Below are positions 1-8,715 of a stretch of 32,000 nucleotides of DNA, in pieces. The notes under the pieces are model-generated. The model had not been told where the DNA came from. It did not search any database and was given only the letters and a program-made list of their open reading frames with translations. The stretch lies in NCBI GenBank assembly GCA_026415035.1, contig JAOAHX010000022.1:23026-55025 (forward strand). The letters run 5' to 3'. The position numbers and the translations under genes were made by a program. Position 1 is the first letter of the stretch, and each line of letters starts with the position of its first letter. Origin of the DNA: Thermodesulfobacteriota bacterium (lineage in GTDB: Bacteria; Desulfobacterota; BSN033; UBA1163).

Positions 1-118
1 CGAGGAAGGGTATCTGGTGATCGGAAAGGAGGAATCCCTGCCCCTTACCTTTCCTACCCTCTTTGTTCCGGTTCTACCGGATAGAGGCATCTATCAGAAG
101 TTTCTTCCACACCCGTAG
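1..118 (+). CDS. 3' fragment of a CDS running in from the window edge; C-terminus looks like a CheR-type SAM-dependent methyltransferase
   Basis: The frame starting at nt 2 is open to a TAG at 116-118 and reads EEGYLVIGKEESLPLTFPTLFVPVLPDRGIYQKFLPHP. The G-Y-L-x-x-G-x-x-E-S-L ... I-Y-x-K pattern resembles CheR-family C-termini. Only 38 aa are visible. Confidence 0.35.
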   Translation, partial: EEGYLVIGKEESLPLTFPTLFVPVLPDRGIYQKFLPHP

Positions 119-134
119 GCCAGTGCCTCACCTC

Positions 135-557
135 TCAATAGTGGCGCCAATGCCCTTCGACCCAGACCCTTCTCTCCACATAATAGCCAGGGGTCTCTCG
201 GTATTCATAATGGCCCGGTACCCAGTTTCCACACCGATCGTAGTGGCCCGGGACCCAAACCCTTTCACAGGTACCAGGGACCCATTCCCGAACCACTTCC
301 CAGCGGCCTGGGACATATTCGGTCCGAGGGGGGCAATAGGAGGGCTCTCGAGGGGGAACCAGGACCACCGGAGCAGGAGGAGGTGGCACATGGGCGTGAA
401 TCTGGTGGGCAATCAAGCCTCCTAAGGCCACAGCTCCAAGGGCCATGGCTGCCCCTTGCCAGCGATATCTTGCCTTTGAGCCCGCCTCGGCAGATGGGAT
501 GGTAAGTAGGGTGATAAAGAAGAGGATCAGGACCGATCTCAGAAATTTCTTTCCCAT
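135..557 (-). CDS. exported WxxGxW/YxWGxW-type repeat protein (140 aa)
   Basis: ATG at 557 sits 3 nt after an AAGGAGGGAGG SD; the ORF-track TTG at 575 lies just upstream of and partly overlapping that SD. The signal-like N-terminus is MGKKFLRSVLILFFITLLTIPSAEA, followed by a Pro-rich linker. Five [WY]-V-[PE]-G-x-[WYC] units follow: YVPGRW, WVPGTC, WVPGHY, WVPGHY, WVEGHW. Confidence 0.6.
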   Translation of the reverse strand: MGKKFLRSVLILFFITLLTIPSAEAGSKARYRWQGAAMALGAVALGGLIAHQIHAHVPPPPAPVVLVPPREPSYCPPRTEYVPGRWEVVREWVPGTCERVWVPGHYDRCGNWVPGHYEYRETPGYYVERRVWVEGHWRHY

Positions 558-596
558 AAACCTCCCTCCTTTCAAACCCTCTGTCTTCGTTTTTGA

Positions 597-629
597 CTCT
601 TTAGACGGCCGAGGAATGGGGTTTATTCA
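597..629 (-). promoter_or_regulatory. candidate ECF-sigma promoter (site B): TGAATAA-N15-CGTCTAAAGAG upstream of the repeat-protein gene
   Basis: The minus strand reads TTGAATAAACCCCATTCCTCGGCCGTCTAAAGAG, 39 nt before the ATG at 557. The 7-mer and 11-mer are identical to site A at 2210-2241. The CGTC-type -10 is typical of ECF promoters. Confidence 0.5.
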
Positions 630-686
630 ATGGGGCCTAAGGGAATTGGCGGGGATGGGAGGGAGGGGCGTTTCATAGGTCCCTCA

Positions 687-1163
687 TTAAAAATTGGCCG
701 AGAGGGCCAAGATGGCCACGCCTTGGCCCAGCGTCGGACCTCCGATGAGAACCGTCCTGTTCGGGGAGAGCCTTACTTGGGTATTGAGGAGGTCGGTCCC
801 GTCCTTCTTGATCCTCACCCGTAATTCGGCTATGTGGGGTTGAGATCCCAATTGGGTCAATTCGATGGTTCGGCCCTCTTGCATCGGAATGGACGTGGGC
901 TGGTTCGGTACGAGGTTCAACCGCTCATCCCTTAGGAGCCGATAGGAGGTATAGCGAAAGAGGGAGCCCAATTGACCATGGAGGTCCTTCAAAGCGGGAT
1001 CGATGGTGCTTCCCACGTTGGAGGCTTCGATCACCCTCAATCGGGTTTGGACCTGAGCCCCGACGGGGTTGGGAAGGGAACCGAAAAGAATCCCCATCCC
1101 CAGGAGGGAGAGGATAGGGATCACGATAACGGAAATCCATTGGCGTTGCCCTCGAATAGCCAT
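687..1163 (-). CDS. exported hypothetical protein, last gene of the sigma/anti-sigma operon
   Basis: ATG at 1163 is preceded by AAGGTGA. The N-terminus has Arg residues followed by a hydrophobic span (VIVIPILSLLGMGILFG) and a VGA-Q cleavage-like site. It overlaps the anti-sigma 3' end by 43 nt. No family recognised. Confidence 0.6.
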   Translation of the reverse strand: MAIRGQRQWISVIVIPILSLLGMGILFGSLPNPVGAQVQTRLRVIEASNVGSTIDPALKDLHGQLGSLFRYTSYRLLRDERLNLVPNQPTSIPMQEGRTIELTQLGSQPHIAELRVRIKKDGTDLLNTQVRLSPNRTVLIGGPTLGQGVAILALSANF

Positions 1164-1633
1164 ATGACGGTCACCTTCTCCTTTTCGGATTCGTAGACCA
1201 TGACATTATAAACCCCGCTTTCGATAAATTCTACAACAGGTCGATCCAAATCGGAAGGGGTCTTCTTAAAGAGGAGAGGAAGGACAAACAGGAGGAGGGT
1301 TGCCGCCGTGACCACCGCAGGAACCCAGATCTTCTTTCTCATCAGGTGCGCCAGATCGAGAGAGGAGCGGAACCCTTCCCACCAAGAGGGCTCCTTTTGT
1401 TCTCGGAGGCCCCTTTCGATTTTCTCCCATATCCAAGGGAAGGTTTCGTCCTTCAAGGCCTCTTCGACAGGGGCTTTCAGGGCTGCCCTCAATCGTTCGA
1501 GACCTTGAAGGGTTTCGGTGCAGGGTTTGCAGGTGCGGAGGTGATGTTCGACGAGGGCCTTCTCCTCCTCCGTGGCCTGATGGTCGAAATATCTCTCGAG
1601 GAGTCTCGTGATGGATTGGCAAGGACCTTTCAT
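1121..1633 (-). CDS. anti-sigma factor, zf-HC2 type, single-pass membrane
   Basis: HHLRTCKPC matches the H-x3-C-x2-C motif near the N-terminus. A TM segment (VPAVVTAATLLLFVLPLLF) follows. An ATGA overlap at 1630-1633 joins it to the sigma gene stop. Confidence 0.8.
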   Translation of the reverse strand: MKGPCQSITRLLERYFDHQATEEEKALVEHHLRTCKPCTETLQGLERLRAALKAPVEEALKDETFPWIWEKIERGLREQKEPSWWEGFRSSLDLAHLMRKKIWVPAVVTAATLLLFVLPLLFKKTPSDLDRPVVEFIESGVYNVMVYESEKEKVTVIWLFEGNANGFPLS

Positions 1634-2199
1634 CGGTTTCCTTCCCCTTTAAGGTGGTCTTTCAAAAGTTCCAGAAGTCTCTTCCTCCCATAATGGAGAC
1701 GGGACATCACGGTGCCGATGGAACAGCCCATCGTCTCGGCAATCTCGGCATAGGAGAGTTCCTCGATCTCCCGGAGCAGGAGGGCCGATCGCTGCTCACG
1801 GGGGAGTTGATCGATCGCCCATTTCATGATGGCTTCGAGTTCCTTTCGAGCCGCCAGCTGGTCCGGCCGTCCCTCCTCCGCCTCGACGGCCCGGATGTCT
1901 CCCGTTGCTTCGAGGCTGACCCCCGGAGTCTTCTTCGACCGCCGACAATGATCGATCGCCGCATTCAGGGTCAGACGATAGAGGTAGGTCGAGAGGGTCG
2001 ATTTCCCTTTGAAACCTTTTAAGGAACGGAAAAGCTTGATAAAAACTTCCTGCACCACATCGAGGGCGTCCTCCCTCCTTCGAACCACGCCGTAAGCGAT
2101 CCGGTAGACCCTCCGATGGTGCTGCTCAAAGATTTCCCTCATCGCGGTCTGATCGCCTTGTTGGCAGCGCTTAATCAGCTCGGCTTCTTTCTCATCCAA
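1630..2199 (-). CDS. ECF (sigma-24 / RpoE-like) RNA polymerase sigma factor
   Basis: Region 2 reads VYRIAYGVVRRREDALDVVQEVFIKLF ... YLYRLTLNAAIDHCRR. The region 4 HTH reads LSYAEIAETMGCSIGTVMSRLHYGRKRL. The only usable in-frame start is TTG at 2199. Confidence 0.9.
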   Translation of the reverse strand: MDEKEAELIKRCQQGDQTAMREIFEQHHRRVYRIAYGVVRRREDALDVVQEVFIKLFRSLKGFKGKSTLSTYLYRLTLNAAIDHCRRSKKTPGVSLEATGDIRAVEAEEGRPDQLAARKELEAIMKWAIDQLPREQRSALLLREIEELSYAEIAETMGCSIGTVMSRLHYGRKRLLELLKDHLKGEGNR

Positions 2200-2209
2200 T
2201 CGACCTTAC

Positions 2210-2241
2210 CTCTTTAGACGAAAGGGGATGGGAATTATTCA
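2210..2241 (-). promoter_or_regulatory. candidate autoregulatory ECF-sigma promoter (site A): TGAATAA-N14-CGTCTAAAGAG
   Basis: The minus strand reads GATGAATAATTCCCATCCCCTTTCGTCTAAAGAG, ending 11 nt before the TTG start of the sigma gene. It shares both the 7-mer and the 11-mer with site B. Confidence 0.5.
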
Positions 2242-2295
2242 TCTGCCTTGATTTTGGGACCCCATTAGTGTAAAACTTCCCAACAGGCTGGGCAA

Positions 2296-2589
2296 ATGGA
2301 AGGCCTCAAGCGCATCCTCTTCCTCCTCATCGGGTGGTTCTTCATCGGGTTGGGTCTCCTGGGTCTCTTTCTCCCCTTCCTTCAAGGGATTCTCTTCCTC
2401 ATGATCGGCCTTCTCATTCTTTCCACCCATAGCACCAGGGTCAAGGGGTGGGTGAGACGTTTTGAAGAACGTCATCCTCATTATCATGAGCATATGGAGA
2501 AGTGGAGGGGAAAATTGAGAAAGTGGTTTAAGAGGGGCGAAAAGGCGGAGGAGCCCTCCCGGGGGGAAGAAAAGAAGCCTCTGGGCTGA
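2296..2589 (+). CDS. small two-TM membrane protein (PGPGW / YbaN-DUF454-like) with a basic His-rich tail
   Basis: LKRILFLLIGWFFIGLGLLGLFLPFLQGILFLMIGLLILS forms a hydrophobic hairpin. The C-terminus is K/R/E-rich. The family assignment is tentative. Confidence 0.5.
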   Translation: MEGLKRILFLLIGWFFIGLGLLGLFLPFLQGILFLMIGLLILSTHSTRVKGWVRRFEERHPHYHEHMEKWRGKLRKWFKRGEKAEEPSRGEEKKPLG

Positions 2590-2599
2590 GGAGATTTCA

Positions 2600-3721
2600 A
2601 TGCCTGAGGGGGATGTGAAAGGGTTGGAGACGCTCGAACGGATCGAAGAGAGGGCCGAGAGGCTTCGTCTGCTGTCTCATCTGGGACAGATTCTGAATTC
2701 CACCCTCGATCCCAGGGAGGTCAGGAAGAGGGCGATGGAGGCGGCCACCCAGCTCATGAAGGCCGAAGTGGGCTCACTCCTCCTCATCGACGAGGCGAAG
2801 CATCGGCTTTATTTTGAAGTCGCCTTGGGCGAGAAAGGGGAGGCGGTGAAGGAGATCGCCCTTAACCTCGGCGAGGGGATAGCGGGATGGGTGGCAGAGC
2901 AGGGGGAGCCATTGATCGTCAACACCCCCGGACAGGACCTGCGCTTTTATAAAGGGGTGGATGAGCGGACCGATTTTGAGACGAGGAATCTCATCTGCGT
3001 TCCCGTCAAGATCAAAGGAAGGACGATCGGTGTGTTGGAGGCGATCAACAAGAGGGATGGAGGGGCCTTCGACGAGGAGGACCTCCTTCTTCTCCAATCC
3101 CTCTCCGACCAGGTGGCCATCGCCCTGGACAACGCCCGACTCTACCAGGAATTGGAGGAGATGTTTTTTGAGACGGCCGAATCTCTTGCCGATGCGATCG
3201 AGAAGCGGGACCCCTATACCGGCGGGCATACGAAGAGGGTGACCCAATACAGCCTGGCCATTGCGAGGCAGCTTCGATGGAAACCCGAGGAGATGAAGTG
3301 GCTGAAGATCTCGGCGGCACTCCACGATATCGGCAAGATCGGGATCGACGATCAGATTCTACGGAAGCCGGACCGACTGGCCCCGGAAGAATACCAAGCG
3401 ATTAAGCGCCATGCCGCGTTAGGGGCGGAGATCATCGACCACATCAAGCAGCTCAAGCGGATCGTCCCGGGGATCCGACATCATCATGAGCAGCTGGATG
3501 GCAAGGGGTATCCAGAGGGTTTAAGGGGAGCGGAGATCCCGGAGGTGGCCAAGATCATCGCCGTGGCCGATACCTATGATGCCATGACCACGGATCGGCC
3601 CTATCGGAAAGGAATGAGCAAAGAGGTGGCCTTCAGAGAATTGAAGAGGTGTTCGGGAACCCAGTTCGACGAGGCCGTGGTTCAGGCCTTTATCAAAGCC
3701 TATGAGGCGGGAGAGGTGTGA
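2600..3721 (+). CDS. GAF domain / HD-GYP domain protein (probable cyclic-di-nucleotide phosphodiesterase)
   Basis: GAGGAG SD lies 6 nt upstream of the ATG. The N-terminal GAF-like region contains GIAGWVAEQGEPLIVN. The C-terminal part carries HDIGKIGI and HHEQLDGKGYPEGL (HHExxDGxGYP). Confidence 0.88.
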   Translation: MPEGDVKGLETLERIEERAERLRLLSHLGQILNSTLDPREVRKRAMEAATQLMKAEVGSLLLIDEAKHRLYFEVALGEKGEAVKEIALNLGEGIAGWVAEQGEPLIVNTPGQDLRFYKGVDERTDFETRNLICVPVKIKGRTIGVLEAINKRDGGAFDEEDLLLLQSLSDQVAIALDNARLYQELEEMFFETAESLADAIEKRDPYTGGHTKRVTQYSLAIARQLRWKPEEMKWLKISAALHDIGKIGIDDQILRKPDRLAPEEYQAIKRHAALGAEIIDHIKQLKRIVPGIRHHHEQLDGKGYPEGLRGAEIPEVAKIIAVADTYDAMTTDRPYRKGMSKEVAFRELKRCSGTQFDEAVVQAFIKAYEAGEV

Positions 3722-6155
3722 AGACCCTGAGTTGACCGCAGGGGGTTCGGAAGGGGCAAGGAGGTCCCTCGGCAGGGAGACCTCTGGCCTGTCCATCGAA
3801 GAGGTCCTTCAGACGTGGAAGCGGACGAAAGGGATCTCCTCCTGTATCACGGCCCTGCGGGTGTTTGAGAAGAGGGAGGGAGAATACCGGCCCGTTCCGG
3901 ACTTCCTCCACCCCCTCTTGAGAGAGGCCCTGAAGTCGAAAGGGATTGCCACGCTCTACTCCCACCAGGCCGAAGCCCTGCGGTCCATTCAGGAAGGCCG
4001 CGATGTGGTCATCGTGACCCCCACCGCGTCAGGGAAGACCCTCTGTTACAACCTTCCGGTCTTGAATCAGAAGCTTTCCGACCCCTCCACCAAAGCCTTC
4101 TATCTCTTTCCTACGAAGGCCCTGTCTCAGGATCAGAGGGTTGAGCTTCAGGATCTGATCGAGAGGGTGGGGAGACCCATCCGGGCGTTCACCTATGATG
4201 GGGACACCCCGGCCGAGGCCCGGCAGGCGATCCGAAGCCAGGGCGATGTCGTCATCACCAATCCGGATATGCTCCATACGGGCATCCTTCCCCACCATAC
4301 CAAGTGGGCGTCCTTCTTCCAGGGACTGAGGTTCGTGGTGATCGATGAACTCCACACCTACCGAGGCGTCTTCGGCTCCCATATGACCAATGTCTTGAGA
4401 CGGTTGAAGCGGATCTGCGAATTTTACGGGGCCTCGCCCCAGTTCATCTGTTGCTCCGCCACGATCGCCAATCCGAAAGATTTGGCAGAGAGGCTTCTGG
4501 AACGGCCCACCGTTTTGATTGACCGAAACGGCGCTCCCTCCTCCGAGAAGATCTTTCTCTTCTACAACCCCCCTCTCGTCAACAAGGAGCTCGGGATCCG
4601 GGGGAACCCTCTCCATGCGGCGAGGCGACTGGCCACCCCTTTCCTCCAGAAGGGCATCCAGACCATCCTTTTTGCCACGAGCCGGCTACAGGTCGAGGTG
4701 CTGACCAAATATCTCAAGGACCGATTTGAGAAGGAGATCGGAGACAGGGGGAAGGTGAGGGGCTATCGGGGCGGTTATCTCCCGGAGGTTCGGCGGGAGA
4801 TCGAAAGGGGGTTGCGAGAAGGAGCGGTGAAGGCGGTCGTCTCCACCAATGCCCTCGAACTCGGGATCGACATCGGCGACCTCGACGTCTGCCTCATCGT
4901 GGGCTACCCCGGGACCATCGCCAGCACCTACCAACAGGCCGGCAGGGTGGGGAGGCGGGGGGAGAGATCGCTGGTGGTGCTCATCGCGAGAAGCCTGCCC
5001 CTGGACCAGTTCATCGTGGAAAATCCGGACTACTTCTTCGGAAGGTCGCCGGAATATGGATTGATCAATCCCGACAACCTCCTCATCTTGCTCAGCCACC
5101 TTCAGTGCGCGGCCTTCGAGCTCCCCTTTCGGGAAGGGGAACGTTTCGGAAAAGAGGACCTGAAGGAGATGCTCCAATTTCTTGAAGAGAAGGGGATCCT
5201 CCATCAGGCGAACCGACACTGGTACTGGGCCCGGGAGGCCTATCCCGCGGAGAAGGTGAGCCTTCGGTCCTCCTCCGAGGAGAACTTCGTCGTCGTCGAT
5301 ACGACGAAGAAGAAGGAGGAGGTCATCGCCGAGGTCGACTTCGTCGCCGCCCATACCACCCTCTATGAGGGCGCGGTCTACCTCTGTGAATCCGAGATCT
5401 ATTCGGTGGAGAGGCTGGATTACCCCAACCGGAGGGCCTATGTCAAAAAGGCCGAAGGGGATTATTACACCGAGGCCATCGACTATACCGATGTCGCCAT
5501 CCTGGAAGGATTTGCGGCGAGACAGGGGGAGGGGATCGTCTATGAGCATGGCGAGGTGAGGGTCCTGACGCGCCTGGTGGGCTACAAAAAGATCAAATTC
5601 TATACCCTCGAGAACTTGGGGTACGGGAAGATCGAACTGCCGGACCTCCAATTTCACACCGCCGCTTACTGGATGACCTTTCGTAAGGAATGGCTGGATC
5701 GGTTGCCCTATTCCAGACTGGAGTTGATCGAAGGGGTGTTGGGCCTGAGTTATGCCCTCCATTCCGTCGCTTCCCTCCATCTCATGTGCGATCCCCATGA
5801 CCTCAACCGCTGTGTGGGAGACCGGGGAGCCCGATGGTTCCTGCGGCTCTCGAGAGATGCCCAAGGGTGGTATTCCTTCTGCGAACCAGAGGAGGTCTCG
5901 AAGGAGACCCTCGGCCCCTTCGAGCCCACCCTCTTCCTCTACGAGAACTATCCCGGAGGGATTGGGTTCAGTCCACAGCTCTTCGACGACACACCGGTGC
6001 TTCTCGAGAAAGCGGAGAGGCTGATTTCCAAATGCGATTGCGCCCACGGATGCCCCTCCTGTGTGGGACCGGTGAAAGAGGTGGGAGAGAAGTCGAAAAG
6101 GGTGGCCCAGGCCTTGTTGAAAGAAATTTTGAGGCTCGGAGTCCAGAGGGGGTAG
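3702..6155 (+). CDS. mrfA: YprA/MrfA-type DExH-box helicase with C-terminal DUF1998 (4-Cys Zn) module
   Basis: Walker A is TPTASGKT and the DExH box is VVIDELHTYRG. Also present: VSTNALELGIDIG, YQQAGRVGRRG and the C-terminal CDCAHGCPSCVGP. It is collinear with my recollection of B. subtilis YprA. The start is uncertain: ATG at 3702 overlaps the upstream gene by 20 nt. Confidence 0.88.
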   Translation: MRRERCEDPELTAGGSEGARRSLGRETSGLSIEEVLQTWKRTKGISSCITALRVFEKREGEYRPVPDFLHPLLREALKSKGIATLYSHQAEALRSIQEGRDVVIVTPTASGKTLCYNLPVLNQKLSDPSTKAFYLFPTKALSQDQRVELQDLIERVGRPIRAFTYDGDTPAEARQAIRSQGDVVITNPDMLHTGILPHHTKWASFFQGLRFVVIDELHTYRGVFGSHMTNVLRRLKRICEFYGASPQFICCSATIANPKDLAERLLERPTVLIDRNGAPSSEKIFLFYNPPLVNKELGIRGNPLHAARRLATPFLQKGIQTILFATSRLQVEVLTKYLKDRFEKEIGDRGKVRGYRGGYLPEVRREIERGLREGAVKAVVSTNALELGIDIGDLDVCLIVGYPGTIASTYQQAGRVGRRGERSLVVLIARSLPLDQFIVENPDYFFGRSPEYGLINPDNLLILLSHLQCAAFELPFREGERFGKEDLKEMLQFLEEKGILHQANRHWYWAREAYPAEKVSLRSSSEENFVVVDTTKKKEEVIAEVDFVAAHTTLYEGAVYLCESEIYSVERLDYPNRRAYVKKAEGDYYTEAIDYTDVAILEGFAARQGEGIVYEHGEVRVLTRLVGYKKIKFYTLENLGYGKIELPDLQFHTAAYWMTFRKEWLDRLPYSRLELIEGVLGLSYALHSVASLHLMCDPHDLNRCVGDRGARWFLRLSRDAQGWYSFCEPEEVSKETLGPFEPTLFLYENYPGGIGFSPQLFDDTPVLLEKAERLISKCDCAHGCPSCVGPVKEVGEKSKRVAQALLKEILRLGVQRG

Positions 6156-6209
6156 GGAAGATCGAGAAAAGGTCCAGTCCCCTTCCAAGGGCTTGGAAGT
6201 TTTCAATCG

Positions 6210-7493
6210 ATGGAATTGAAAGAGCGACTTCGTCAGCTGACCTCGTTATGGAAGGCCCCCGGTCTCCCTCCCGAGGGCGGGCGGGAAGGAGACCTGAGGC
6301 GCCCTTTTGAAGAAGGATTGCCGGAAGGACGCCCCCCTTGGCATCGAGAGCCCATCCCCATCGAGAGGCTGATCGAAGGAGAGGTCGTCAACACCCCCGA
6401 GGGCACTACCTTTCGGACCGAGACATATTACCCTCCCCAATTTCGATATGGGGCGATGACCCTGGCCGAGATCCATACCATTCCCACCTATCCGGCCCAC
6501 CTCCTGGTCAGGGATGATCGCCTCAAATCGCTCGACCTTCAAAAGACCCTCTTCCTCGATACCGAGACCACGGGCCTTTCAGGCGGGACAGGGACCCTGG
6601 CCTTTCTGATCGGCTTGGGATTCTTTCGCGGGGAGGGTTTTATCATCCGACAGCTCTTCGTGAGAGATTTCTCTGAAGAGAGGGCCGCCCTCTCCCTTCT
6701 CGAAGAGACGCTCACCTCCTTCGGGTTTCTCGTCACCTTCAACGGCCGCCATTATGACGTCCCCCTTCTTGAGACCCGGATGATCCTATCGAGGATACGC
6801 ACCCGGATCCGGGAGATTCCCAACTTCGACCTCCTCTATCCATCGCGGAAGATCTGGCGAGGGGCCTATGAGAACTGCAGGCTGGTGACGCTCGAGGCCA
6901 GGCTCCTGGGAATGGAGCGAGAGGAGGATGTGCCCTCGGAATGGATTCCTTCCCTCTATTTCGAGTACCTTCAGACCCGGGATGCGAGAAAGATCCACCG
7001 GGTCTTCTACCACAACCGGATGGACATCCTGGCGATGGTGGCGCTCACGGCGAGGATCCATCTCATCTATCACGATCCTCAGGCCGCCCGTCCGAAGAAA
7101 GGGATCGAGCACTTCTCGCTGGGTCGGCTCTTCTGGGATCATGGGGAACGGGAGAAGGCCATCCCCTGCTTCGAGGCCGCCCTGAAACGGTGTGACGATG
7201 AACTGGCCTGGGAGGTGATGAAATGGCTTTCCATGGCATTGAAGCGGACGGGGAGGATCGAACAGGCGAGGTCGGTCTGGGAGGAGATGTTGAGCTTCCC
7301 CCACCCCAAGGATGCCCATCCCTACCTCGAGCTGGCCAAATTTCATGAGCATCGGCTGAAGGACTTTAAAAAGGCCATGGACTATGTGGACCGGGCCTTG
7401 GCCCTGACCCCTTCCCACCAAGGGAGGGAGATCGAAAGCCTCCTCCTGAGGAAGGGCCGATTGGCGAAGAAGTCCCGCAATGCGACTCCCTGA
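6210..7493 (+). CDS. mrfB: YprB/MrfB-type RNase-H-fold (DEDD-like) exonuclease with C-terminal TPR repeats
   Basis: LFLDTETTGLSGGTGTLAFLIGLG is an exonuclease motif I. FNGRHYDVPLL and HNRMDILAM follow. The C-terminus has TPR-like helices (GEREKAIPCFEAALKR ... FKKAMDYVDRALAL). It lies directly after the helicase, as in yprAB. Confidence 0.78.
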   Translation: MELKERLRQLTSLWKAPGLPPEGGREGDLRRPFEEGLPEGRPPWHREPIPIERLIEGEVVNTPEGTTFRTETYYPPQFRYGAMTLAEIHTIPTYPAHLLVRDDRLKSLDLQKTLFLDTETTGLSGGTGTLAFLIGLGFFRGEGFIIRQLFVRDFSEERAALSLLEETLTSFGFLVTFNGRHYDVPLLETRMILSRIRTRIREIPNFDLLYPSRKIWRGAYENCRLVTLEARLLGMEREEDVPSEWIPSLYFEYLQTRDARKIHRVFYHNRMDILAMVALTARIHLIYHDPQAARPKKGIEHFSLGRLFWDHGEREKAIPCFEAALKRCDDELAWEVMKWLSMALKRTGRIEQARSVWEEMLSFPHPKDAHPYLELAKFHEHRLKDFKKAMDYVDRALALTPSHQGREIESLLLRKGRLAKKSRNATP

Positions 7494-8715
7494 GCGGTAT
7501 CGGTGGTTGCTCTGGCTCTCCCTTGCCGAGATCGGCACGATGCTCGTCTTCAACAATTACGCCGCCCTCCTCCCCATCCTTCAGAAAGAGTGGTCCTTGA
7601 CCAACAGCCAGGCGGGGTGGATCTACTCCTCCTATCAGATCGGTTACCTCCTCGCCGTCGTCCTCCTGACCTCGCTCACCGATTACGTCCCGACCCCATA
7701 TATCTATATCCTCTCCTCCTTCTGGGCGGGGGGGGCCGGGATGCTCTTTGCGTTCTGGGCAGAGGGGTTTAACTCCGCCCTCATCCTGAGGACGCTCATG
7801 GGCATCGGGTTTGCCGGGACCTATATGCCCGGATTGCGGATGGTCTCCGAGCGATTCGGGCCGTTCGAGAGAGGCCGGGCCGTCGGGATCTATGTGGGGA
7901 CGTTCACCCTGGGAGCGGCCATCTCCCTCTTCGTCACCGGCACGCTCTATTCCCTTTACTCCTGGAGATGGGCCTTCTTCCTGACCTCCCTTGGGCCGAT
8001 GCTGGGAGGGTTTCTTGCCCTCTTCACCTTCGGCAAGGGGGCTGCAGCAAAGGGAGAGGAGGGAAGGAGGATGCCCCTTCGAGAGATTTTGAACCACCGG
8101 CCGGCCTTGCGCATGATCGGGGGATATGCGGCCCATATGTGGGAGATGTTTGGGATGAGAGGGTGGATCGTCGCCTTTCTGACCGCCTGCCTCCTCACCG
8201 ACCAGGGGGGCATCGAGAAGGCCACGAGCCTCAGCGCGGTGATCGCCTCCTTCGTGACGCTGGCAGGAGCCCTCTCCAATGCCATAGGCGGAGCCCTCTC
8301 CGATCGCTTTGGAAGGGTCCCCACGATCATCGTCGTGATGGTGGGGAGCAGCCTCCTCTCCCTGTCGATCGGATGGATGAGAGGCGCCCCTTTGCCCTGG
8401 ATCGTGGGCCTCTCGATCCTGTATGGATTCCTGGTGACGGGAGAATCTTCGGTGCTCTCCACCGGAATCACGGAACTGGCCCCCCGGGGAGGGTTGGGAA
8501 GAACCCTGGCCCTACAATCCTTCCTCGGATGGACAGCGGCCTCCCTGTCTCCGATTGCCTTTGGGTTCGTGCTGGATCTGACCAACCCCGCGGAAGCGGC
8601 GGTTCGAACGGGATATGTCGCCAACTGGGGGTGGGCCTTCATGGTCCTGGGATTGGGAGCGATGATCGGCCCTTTCCTTCTCTGGCCTTTGAAGCAAAAA
8701 CCCCTTGACAGGTAG
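7480..8715 (+). CDS. MFS transporter
   Basis: About 12 hydrophobic spans with an MFS-like loop (GALSDRFGRVPTI). It overlaps the upstream gene by 14 nt. Confidence 0.8.
   Translation: MRLPERYRWLLWLSLAEIGTMLVFNNYAALLPILQKEWSLTNSQAGWIYSSYQIGYLLAVVLLTSLTDYVPTPYIYILSSFWAGGAGMLFAFWAEGFNSALILRTLMGIGFAGTYMPGLRMVSERFGPFERGRAVGIYVGTFTLGAAISLFVTGTLYSLYSWRWAFFLTSLGPMLGGFLALFTFGKGAAAKGEEGRRMPLREILNHRPALRMIGGYAAHMWEMFGMRGWIVAFLTACLLTDQGGIEKATSLSAVIASFVTLAGALSNAIGGALSDRFGRVPTIIVVMVGSSLLSLSIGWMRGAPLPWIVGLSILYGFLVTGESSVLSTGITELAPRGGLGRTLALQSFLGWTAASLSPIAFGFVLDLTNPAEAAVRTGYVANWGWAFMVLGLGAMIGPFLLWPLKQKPLDR

Noticed and set aside
63-425. Plus-strand 120-aa ORF, and the minus-strand 94-aa ORF at 128-412
   Set aside because: They overlap the better-supported 135-557 gene, which has an SD, a signal peptide and repeat architecture. 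They have no features of their own.
4686-6206. 506-aa minus-strand ORF antisense to the helicase gene
   Set aside because: It is a shadow ORF typical of GC-rich DNA. Its translation is Pro/Gly/Arg/Leu-rich with no motifs, while the plus strand carries a complete, collinear YprA-type helicase.
3702-7493. Helicase plus DUF1998 read as a DISARM-like or other phage-defence system
   Set aside because: The DUF1998 module is fused to the helicase and the partner is an RNase-H-fold/TPR exonuclease, which is exactly the yprAB (mrfAB) arrangement. No PLD nuclease, methyltransferase or other defence genes are adjacent.
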